A DNA stretch of 64,000 bases from Candidatus Omnitrophota bacterium. Lineage in GTDB: Bacteria; Omnitrophota; Gorgyraeia; Zapsychrales; Zapsychraceae. The position numbers were made by a program, and so were the translations under genes. The notes below the pieces were generated by a model. The model searched no databases and was not told the DNA's origin. It saw nothing but the letters and a program-made list of their open reading frames with translations. The stretch covers positions 15,828 through 79,827 of the forward strand of contig JAIORP010000090.1 in NCBI GenBank assembly GCA_021108075.1, in the 5' to 3' direction. This document shows, one piece after another, positions 54,176 through 64,000 of this stretch; position 1 is the stretch's first letter; each line of letters starts with the position of its first letter.

Positions 54176-54204
54176 ATTATATTCAAGATTAACATTAGGT
54201 CAAG
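54176..54204 (-). promoter_or_regulatory. Sigma70-like promoter (TTGACC-17-TATAAT) upstream of tRNA-Glu.
   Basis: The minus strand reads cTTGACCtaatgttaatcttgaaTATAATaatt, ~55 nt upstream of the tRNA 5' end. Confidence 0.4.
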
Positions 54205-54234
54205 AAAAAATTTTTAAATGCCGCTTTCATATTC

Positions 54235-56688
54235 TTATTCTTCTTTCGCGACAACATTCGCGATAGAACTCACTTCATCATTAGCGCTTAAATTAATCAA
54301 ACGAACGCCCTGAGCACTCCGCCCTGTTTGACGAATTTCCTGCGGAGAACAACGCACAATCATGCCTTTCTTGGTAACGGTCATCAGTTCATCTTCTGGC
54401 ATAATGGGTAAAGCCCCGACAACCAGACCGTTTCGGTTTGTAACTTTAACGTTAATAATCCCCTTTCCTCCTCGTGATTGTGTTCGATATGCAGCAAAAT
54501 CAGATCTTTTTGCATAACCTAACGTTGTCACGGTTATCAATGTGCTTCCCGTCTTAGAAACATCCGGAGGAAAGACTAGCATGCTAACAACAATATCCCC
54601 TTTCGCTAAATTAATACCTTTAACGCCTCGAGCTGCTCGGCCCATGTCTCTCGCCTGCTTTTCATTAAAACGCAAAGATTTCCCCGACCGGGTTGCCAAT
54701 AAAATATCATATTTACCGTTGCTAATCGACGTTCCGATCAACTTATCACCCTTATCGAGGTTTATGCCGACGATGCCTCCCTTTCGAGGGTTGCTAAAAG
54801 CCGATAGTTTTGTTTTCTTTATGTTGCCATTTGACGTCGCCATGACAACAAACTGGTTATCAGAAAACTCCTTAACCGCTACAATCGAACTAATTTCTTC
54901 ATCTTTTTTAAACGAAGCAAGCAAATTAACAATATTTTTCCCTTTAGCGCTTCTAGACGCGACCGGTATTTCATAAACCTTAAGCCAGCGTACAATTCCC
55001 TTGCTCGAAAAAATTAAAAGATAATCTTTCGAAGAAGCAACAAAAACCTGTTTCACAAAATCTTCTTCCCGGGTTGTCATCGCTGAAACACCTTTGCCGC
55101 CTCTGCGTTGTTTGCGATAGGAAGACACGGCTAAACGTTTAATATACGCATTGTTGCTGATTGTTATCGCCATGCATTCTTCAGCAATAAGATCTTCAAT
55201 CTCAATTTCTTCCGCCTTGGCGGCAATTTCTGTTCGCCTCTCGTCACCGAACTTTTTCTTTATGGCGTTTAAGTCTTCTTTTATAATGGCTTCTATTTTC
55301 ATCTCTGAGGCTAGTATTGCGCGGTAGCTTTCAATGTCTTTTAACAAAGCTTTATATTCCTGGTCGATTTTAGTTCTTTCTAAAGCCGTCAACCGCTGCA
55401 GTTGCATTTCTAAAATTGATTGCGATTGAATCTCCGACAAATTAAATTTTTTCATCAGATTAACTTTTGCTATTTGCGTTGATTTCGACTCCCTGATTGT
55501 TTTAATAATTTGATCAATATGATCAAGCGCAATTTTTAACCCTTCCAATATATGGGCCCGTCTTAAGGCTTTATCTAAATCAAATTGTGTGCGTCGTCGA
55601 ATAACCGAGCGACGATGGTTCACAAACAACATTAAAATTTGTTTTAAGCTCAAAACTTTTGGACTATTATTGACTAATGCCAAATTAATAATTCCAAAAG
55701 TAATTTCCATCTGGGTGTGTTTATACAAATAATTCAGGACGATTTGCGGCTCTGTGTCTCGTTTTAATTCAATAACAACACGAATACCGTCCTTGTCGGA
55801 TTCATCGCGGATATCAGAAACGCCTTCAAGTTTCTTTTGGTTAACCATCGACGCTATAGCCTTAACAAGATTTGCTTTGTTAACTTGATACGGTACTTCC
55901 GTAATAATAATCGTATCTTTACTGCCTTTTTGTCGCTCTATATTTGCTTTGGCCCGAACAGTTAGCTTGCCTCTTCCCGTGTTATAGGCACTCACGATTC
56001 CTTCGCGTCCACAAATAATACCAGCGGTTGGAAAATCAGGTCCCTTAATATACCGCATCAATTGTTTTGGTGTCGCATCTGGATTATCAATCAAAAAATT
56101 TATCCCATCTACAACCTCACCTAAATTATGCGGTGGCATGTTTGTCGCCATACCAACGGCAATACCACTGGACCCATTAATTAATAAATTAGGTAAAACA
56201 GCAGGTAATACTGTCGGTTCGTTTTTTGTTCCATCAAAATTCGAAGAAAAATCGACTGTTTGTTTGTCTATGTCGGCCAGCAACTGGGCAGAAATGGCGG
56301 ATAAACGCGCTTCAGTATAACGATACGCTGCCGCGCTATCACCGTCAATAGACCCAAAATTTCCCTGCCCGTTGATCAGTGGATAACGCAAAGAGAACTC
56401 CTGGACCATTCGGACCAACGTATCATAAACAGCCATGTCGCCGTGTGGATGATACTTGCCCAACACTTCTCCGACGATGGTTGCGCACTTTTTGAATGGT
56501 TTTCCGTAATCAAGACCCAATTCCTTCATCGCAAATAAAATTCGTCGATGAACAGGTTTTAACCCATCACGAACATCGGGCAACGCTCGACCGACAATTA
56601 CACTCATTGAATAAGACAAATAAGACTTCTTCATTTCTTCTTCAATATTAACAGGAAATATCTTCTCTTGAGCTGTTAATTCTCTCAT
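54235..56688 (-). CDS. gyrA: DNA gyrase subunit A.
   Basis: 817 aa with ...[34 protein letters not shown]...[11 protein letters not shown].... Confidence 0.95.
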   Translation of the reverse strand: MRELTAQEKIFPVNIEEEMKKSYLSYSMSVIVGRALPDVRDGLKPVHRRILFAMKELGLDYGKPFKKCATIVGEVLGKYHPHGDMAVYDTLVRMVQEFSLRYPLINGQGNFGSIDGDSAAAYRYTEARLSAISAQLLADIDKQTVDFSSNFDGTKNEPTVLPAVLPNLLINGSSGIAVGMATNMPPHNLGEVVDGINFLIDNPDATPKQLMRYIKGPDFPTAGIICGREGIVSAYNTGRGKLTVRAKANIERQKGSKDTIIITEVPYQVNKANLVKAIASMVNQKKLEGVSDIRDESDKDGIRVVIELKRDTEPQIVLNYLYKHTQMEITFGIINLALVNNSPKVLSLKQILMLFVNHRRSVIRRRTQFDLDKALRRAHILEGLKIALDHIDQIIKTIRESKSTQIAKVNLMKKFNLSEIQSQSILEMQLQRLTALERTKIDQEYKALLKDIESYRAILASEMKIEAIIKEDLNAIKKKFGDERRTEIAAKAEEIEIEDLIAEECMAITISNNAYIKRLAVSSYRKQRRGGKGVSAMTTREEDFVKQVFVASSKDYLLIFSSKGIVRWLKVYEIPVASRSAKGKNIVNLLASFKKDEEISSIVAVKEFSDNQFVVMATSNGNIKKTKLSAFSNPRKGGIVGINLDKGDKLIGTSISNGKYDILLATRSGKSLRFNEKQARDMGRAARGVKGINLAKGDIVVSMLVFPPDVSKTGSTLITVTTLGYAKRSDFAAYRTQSRGGKGIINVKVTNRNGLVVGALPIMPEDELMTVTKKGMIVRCSPQEIRQTGRSAQGVRLINLSANDEVSSIANVVAKEE

Positions 56689-56737
56689 TTTGTTACAATA
56701 CCTTTCTTTTCTAATAACTGAAAAACCAAATAATTAA

Positions 56738-59481
<2,744 letters not shown>

Positions 59482-59484
59482 TTT

Positions 59485-60573
59485 TTATATTCTCATCGGT
59501 AAAGCAAGATATAAATAATCAGCCATTCTAAAAATAGCCGGTTTATCCGTCCCCAACAGTTCCATAAAAGAATATTTTTCATTTATATTTTTCAGGTAAT
59601 CAATTAAGTACTGTGGATTAAAACCGACCACCAATTCTTCTCCTGTATATTCAATGACGACCTCTTCTCTCGATTCTCCAATGTCTGGTGTTTGTTTCGA
59701 AACAACCAATTTATCTTTAAATACTTCAAATTTTATCGCTTGAAAATCGGGAGTGGCCAATAAATTAGCACGTCTAATTGCAGATAATATATCTTTTGTT
59801 AAAACTTTAATTTTAGTGGTCGTTTCTTTTGGTATAACCTGATTATAATTAGGAAAATCACCTTCAATAACTCTCGTCGCGATTAAAACGCTATCAATAT
59901 CAAATAAAACCTGATTAGAACCAACAACAAAAGAAACAACTCCCTCATCCGTCAAGTTTCGCATAATTTCCTGAACAGCTTTAATGGGTAATATAACAGA
60001 TATTTCTTTTTTCGTTACATTTTTTAACTGTTTTTGTATTTTTGCCAACCGTCGCCCATCCGTTGCGACAATCTTTATATGATTGTCGATAATTTCCAAC
60101 AAAACGCCATTGAGCACGTATCTTGATTCCTCATGCGAAACAGCAAAAGCTGTTAATTGAAACATCTCCTTCAATAATTCCTGATCGAGTTGAAAAACTT
60201 CCTTGTCTTTAAACTCTGGAAATTTAGGGAATTCATCTTTGGGTAAACCGTTTAATTTGAATCGGCATAATTGTCCTTCAATGTCGACTTGATTGTTTTT
60301 TTTCGCGTTAATAGTGATCTCTCCTTGCGGCAATTCTTTGACAATATCGCTAAAACGTTTTGCTGGAATTGTTATCCCCCCTTCTCCAACAATATCCACA
60401 GGTACTTCACAGGATATACCGATATCTAAATCGGTCGCATTAAGTATTAATTTATTGTCTTTTGTTTGTAATAAAATATTAGATAATATAGGTAATGAAA
60501 TTTTATTAGATACTATATTATAAACGGTTTGTATTCCTGCTAAAAGGTTCTCTTTTGAAATTTTAATTTTCAT
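59485..60573 (-). CDS. dnaN: DNA polymerase III beta sliding clamp.
   Basis: 362 aa. Size, position between dnaA and gyrB, and an N-terminus MKIKISKENLLAGIQTVYNIVSNKISLPILSNILL typical of beta clamps. Confidence 0.9.
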   Translation of the reverse strand: MKIKISKENLLAGIQTVYNIVSNKISLPILSNILLQTKDNKLILNATDLDIGISCEVPVDIVGEGGITIPAKRFSDIVKELPQGEITINAKKNNQVDIEGQLCRFKLNGLPKDEFPKFPEFKDKEVFQLDQELLKEMFQLTAFAVSHEESRYVLNGVLLEIIDNHIKIVATDGRRLAKIQKQLKNVTKKEISVILPIKAVQEIMRNLTDEGVVSFVVGSNQVLFDIDSVLIATRVIEGDFPNYNQVIPKETTTKIKVLTKDILSAIRRANLLATPDFQAIKFEVFKDKLVVSKQTPDIGESREEVVIEYTGEELVVGFNPQYLIDYLKNINEKYSFMELLGTDKPAIFRMADYLYLALPMRI

Positions 60574-60640
60574 GTGTTATTAACTCCGTGACGATTAGCT
60601 ATTTTTTGGGAACTAAAATAGTCGTAGTTATAATAGGACA

Positions 60641-60710
60641 TGTGAATAATTTGAATAAGAACAAAAAGTATTGAAAAATAATGGGTTATGACATTTTTGC
60701 CTGTGAATAA
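60641..60710. promoter_or_regulatory. Two DnaA-box-like 9-mers (TGTGAATAA, the reverse complement of TTATTCACA) in the dnaA-dnaN intergenic region, a second origin module.
   Basis: Located at 60641-60649 and 60702-60710. Confidence 0.5.
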
Positions 60711-60729
60711 GTTTTGCATTAATGATGAA

Positions 60730-62064
60730 TTATTGTTTTAAAACTGTGTACAAATGATGGATGCTTTTGCTGTAAATATCTCCGCTGTCTTTGTATTTAT
60801 CAACCTTTTTGCAAGAATGCAAAACAGTTGTATGATCTCGACCACCAAACGCGCTGCCAATTTCAGGTAAAGACATGTTCGTTAATTTTCGAGATAAATA
60901 CATGGCAACTTGTCTTGGAATAACAATATTTCTGCTACGTCTTTTAGATTTTAAATCGAGCAAAGAAACATTAAAATAATGACAGGTTGCTTTTAAAATC
61001 ATTTCAATACTAATAATTTTTACACTCTGTTTAACCATATCTTTTAATATAATTGTGGCCATATCTAATAAAATAGGTCTTTCTTCTAATAAAGAATAAG
61101 CGACAACCCTCACCAAAGCACCTTCTAATTCTCTAATGTTCGTTTTTATTTGTTCGGCAATAAAATAAATAACGTCGTCGGGAACATTAACGGATTCTCT
61201 TTCTATTTTTTTTCGTAAAATCGCAACACGCGTTTCAAAATCCGGTGGTTGAATATCAGCAATTAAGCCCCAGGCAAAGCGAGAGCTTAATCGTTCTTCA
61301 AGATTAGCTATTTCTTTTGGCGGCCTATCAGATGTAATAATGATTTGTCGTCGATTATTATGCAAATAATTAAACGTGTGGAAGAATTCTTCTTGGGTTG
61401 ATTCTTTTCCGGCGATGAAATGAATGTCATCAATGAGTAAAACATCAATTTCTCTATATTTTTTTCTAAATTGATTTGTTGAGCGATGACGGATAGCCTC
61501 AATCAATTCATTTGTGAATTTTTCAGATGTCAGATAAGCGGATTTGAGACCAGGCTGATTATTTTTGATATAATGCGTGATGGATTGAATTAAATGTGTT
61601 TTCCCTAAACCGACTTGACCGTAAATAAATAACGGGTTGTAAGCTTTAGCTGGTGATTCAGCGACGGCGAGGCTGGCGGCACAGGCAAATCTGTTTGAAG
61701 AGCCAATAACAAAATTATCAAAAGTGAAACGATCATTAAGATCGATAATGTTATTAGTTTGAGGTAAATTGATTTTTGGAACAGCTGGCATAGAAGGGGA
61801 GGGCTGAGTGTTAAGTATCAGATCATTGACAATATAATTTATATTTAAATTGTCGTCAGTGCAAGTTTTTATGCTTTCTGTGATAATTTTTTGATAATGA
61901 TCGATAATCCAATTTTTAAAAAAATCGTCAGGGGTTTCGATGGTCAGTGTGTTGGTGTCAGTTTGTTGGACATGGAGAGAGGCGAACCATGTATCATAGG
62001 ATGTGACACCGATGGTGTCTTTTAATTTGGGTTGGATGCTATTCCAAATATCAATAGGTTTCAT
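60730..62064 (-). CDS. dnaA: Chromosomal replication initiator DnaA.
   Basis: 444 aa with ...NPLFIYGQVGLGKTHLIQSI... (AAA+ Walker A) and a C-terminal DNA-binding domain ...RNIVIPRQVAMYLSRKLTNMSLPEIGSAFGGRDHTTVLHSCKKV.... Confidence 0.95.
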   Translation of the reverse strand: MKPIDIWNSIQPKLKDTIGVTSYDTWFASLHVQQTDTNTLTIETPDDFFKNWIIDHYQKIITESIKTCTDDNLNINYIVNDLILNTQPSPSMPAVPKINLPQTNNIIDLNDRFTFDNFVIGSSNRFACAASLAVAESPAKAYNPLFIYGQVGLGKTHLIQSITHYIKNNQPGLKSAYLTSEKFTNELIEAIRHRSTNQFRKKYREIDVLLIDDIHFIAGKESTQEEFFHTFNYLHNNRRQIIITSDRPPKEIANLEERLSSRFAWGLIADIQPPDFETRVAILRKKIERESVNVPDDVIYFIAEQIKTNIRELEGALVRVVAYSLLEERPILLDMATIILKDMVKQSVKIISIEMILKATCHYFNVSLLDLKSKRRSRNIVIPRQVAMYLSRKLTNMSLPEIGSAFGGRDHTTVLHSCKKVDKYKDSGDIYSKSIHHLYTVLKQ

Positions 62065-62456
62065 ATCTCTATGATTCTGAATGATTTATAAATGTCTCAA
62101 ATTTATTCACAATTTATCCAACGTTGTGGAAAAAATGTGAATAAGTATTTTATCAATGCCTTTACGACGGGAAAAGATGCCAGAAATAAGTAAATTAAAA
62201 ATGAATGTTATATTATAGCAAACAGAAAAATTATTTCAAATCAAATTTTTCCATAATATAAAAACATTGCATAACAATGACTTCCAAACCAACAAGAATT
62301 TATTTAAAAAAAAATGGTTTTGAATCATCACTATCAGCCAAAAATAGGTGTTTTTTTTATAATACAATAGAGGAGAATAAGTTTTATTCCTAAGTGAAAA
62401 AAATAATACCTTAAAATTCTTGACTAACAAAAGTCCTATGATATAATTGTCGAATC
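62065..62456. promoter_or_regulatory. oriC region. AT-rich dnaA-rpmH intergenic region with a cluster of DnaA-box-like 9-mers at 62103-62144 (TTATTCACA, TTATCCAAC, TGTGGAAAA, TGTGAATAA).
   Basis: Read directly. Flanked by divergent dnaA (minus) and rpmH (plus). Confidence 0.8.
62420..62448 (+). promoter_or_regulatory. Consensus sigma70 promoter TTGACT-17-TATAAT. The TATAAT ends only 8 nt before the rpmH ATG, so the mRNA would be leaderless or near-leaderless.
   Basis: ttcTTGACTaacaaaagtcctatgatTATAATtgtcgaatcATG. Confidence 0.55.
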
Positions 62457-62594
62457 ATGAAAAAGAATTTAAAGACTCCAACAATTTTAAAAGGTAAAAG
62501 AAAGCACGGTTTCCGTAAAAGAATGGAATCGTCCACAGGGCAGGACATCATAAATCGCCGACGAGCTAAGGGTAGAAAAAAAGTTTCAAAATAG
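62457..62594 (+). CDS. rpmH: 50S ribosomal protein L34.
   Basis: Hand translation gives [45 protein letters not shown], with the L34 signature ...HGFR.RM.......RRRAKGRK. It is below the track's size cut-off. Confidence 0.9.
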   Translation: MKKNLKTPTILKGKRKHGFRKRMESSTGQDIINRRRAKGRKKVSK

Positions 62595-62636
62595 ATCATT
62601 AAATAAAATTATACGAACATTATTTAAGGATCATAA

Positions 62637-62867
62637 ATGACGAAATTTAACAATTTATTGGATAAATTTATCATATTTCTAATAAAATTTTACCAAATTT
62701 TTAGTCGTACATTTTTACCCCGAACATGCCGATTCTATCCATGCTGTTCTCAATATACCATTGAAGCCGTACAAAAGTACGGCTTTATTCATGGTTCAAT
62801 TAAATCACTCATCCGAATTCTGCGATGTTCTCCTTTTACAGGGGGAGGATATGACCCATTAAGGTAA
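62637..62867 (+). CDS. yidD: Membrane protein insertion efficiency factor YidD.
   Basis: ...[45 protein letters not shown].... Confidence 0.9.
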   Translation: MTKFNNLLDKFIIFLIKFYQIFSRTFLPRTCRFYPCCSQYTIEAVQKYGFIHGSIKSLIRILRCSPFTGGGYDPLR

Positions 62868-62872
62868 ATATA

Positions 62873-64000
62873 TGGAAAAAAGGTTAATAATTGCTATAAC
62901 TTTATCATTTATAATTTTAATAATTTGGACACGTTTATTCCCGCAACTGAAAAAAGATACAGTAATTCCAAAAACGCAACAGATTAATCAACAGCAATTG
63001 GACGTGACGGAGCCAATATTGTTGCCAGGCGAGAAGGTTTTGTCTAATCAGAAACATCAAGAGGAAGAGACACAAAGCATTGAGACAGAAGAGGTTAGAG
63101 TTGGGTTTTCGAATATAGGCGCTAATATTGTCAATATATTTTTAAAAAAGTACGATCAAACATTACCCGTCACAAAAATCCTTCAAGAAGACCGCCTATC
63201 TCAGGCCGCTTTCCGTGTTATAAGCCAAACAGACAAAGAAATTTTGTTCGAATTTGATGATAATGGTTCAAAAATTTTCAAAAAATTTGAATTTATTGAT
63301 GATTTTAGCCTGATCGCCGAAATATCCGGTTCTTCAAATCCTTCGGAACATACGACACTATTTAATTTAGATATGACAGAGATACAAGAACCCACCAAAA
63401 GAGACATGAATGCAGAAAGAAGCCGAAGTTTATTTGAATATATGATTAATACAAGTGAAAAAATAATTAGGAAAAACAAGGCATTCAAATTTAACAATAA
63501 AGATCAACGTTTAGGCATTGAAAACGCTGATTGGTTGGGCTTTAGAACAAGATATTTTTGCTTTGTTGTAAACCCATTATTTGATGGGGCCCAATATGAT
63601 ATTAATCCAGAGTCAAGTTTTGTCTTGAACTTTAAGGAAAAATTTTCTTCCGGATCGTCGAGAAAATATCATTTATTTTTTGGGCCAGAAAATAACAATA
63701 TTTTAAAAAAATATGAGTATAATTACGATAAAATTAAAAGGTACTATAAATTAGGTATTTTTGATATTACTGCTAAAGTAATTTATTCTATATTAAATTT
63801 AATCAATAAATTTGTGCCGAATTGGGGTGTTTGCATAATATTAATTAGTATTATAGTATATTTCTCGATGTACCCATTGACGCAAAAAGGCCTTAAATCC
63901 ATGAAAAAAATGCAGGCTTTGCAACCGCAATTAGCAACGATAAGAGAGAAGTATAAGGATAATCCACAAAAATTGAACCAAGAAATGATGGAATTATACA
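62873..64000 (+). CDS. yidC: Membrane protein insertase YidC (5' part; continues beyond the window).
   Basis: ATG at 62873; MEKRLIIAITLSFIILIIWTRLFPQ.... It is open to the window end and follows yidD. Absent from the ORF track because it is edge-truncated. Confidence 0.75.

Noticed and set aside
62065-62456. Possible small ORFs in the dnaA-rpmH intergenic region (62236..62430, 62411..62599).
   Set aside because: They lie in the oriC region, are AT-rich and have phenylalanine/lysine-rich translations. The 62411..62599 ORF is antisense to rpmH.

Overview
This is a chromosomal replication-origin region of a low-GC bacterium with a Gram-negative-type envelope: it encodes a secretin, a TonB_C domain and lipoproteins. 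Every gene left of the origin lies on the minus strand, co-directional with replication.

The right end holds a canonical origin neighbourhood. yidC (partial), yidD and rpmH are on the plus strand. An AT-rich oriC with at least four DnaA-box-like 9-mers sits next to rpmH, and dnaA, dnaN, a DUF721 gene, gyrB and gyrA follow on the minus strand. recF and rnpA are absent from their usual slots. Beyond these lie tRNA-Glu(UUC), a tandem PspC-domain protein, a disrupted GST pseudogene, a C-N hydrolase, malate dehydrogenase and a SurA-like PPIase lipoprotein.

From about 50.6 kb down to 29.5 kb is one long Tad/Flp-type (type IVb) pilus locus with several unusual architectures:
- CpaB, followed by a secretin carrying a C-terminal TonB_C-like domain.
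- A CpaE(MinD-like)-CpaF ATPase fusion, a DUF192 protein, and a 674-aa HTH-containing protein of unknown function.
- An array of eight small pilin paralogs sharing a [G/A]-Q-S/T-x-L-E-Y/F prepilin motif.
- A TadG-like 490-aa pseudopilin and a TadE-like protein.
- A 1,655-aa extremely cysteine-rich protein with a pilin-like N-terminus, and a small Cys-rich pilin.
- TadB and TadC.

From position 2 to about 25.97 kb, one uninterrupted minus-strand reading frame of at least 8,657 codons runs off the window edge, which is why it is missing from the ORF track. It encodes a giant protein with an N-terminal C39-like cysteine peptidase domain, a membrane-spanning region, coiled coils and C-terminal 150-aa tandem repeats. 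Between the giant gene and the pilus locus are a DUF1016_N-SNase-like fusion gene, a 2 x 232-bp tandem repeat, and one copy of a 108-bp hairpin-containing dispersed element; the second copy is upstream of the PspC gene.

The most plausible novel system is the combination of this atypical Tad machinery with the two giant, probably surface-exposed proteins, which may form an attachment or predation apparatus. That is inference from domain architecture and must be tested.
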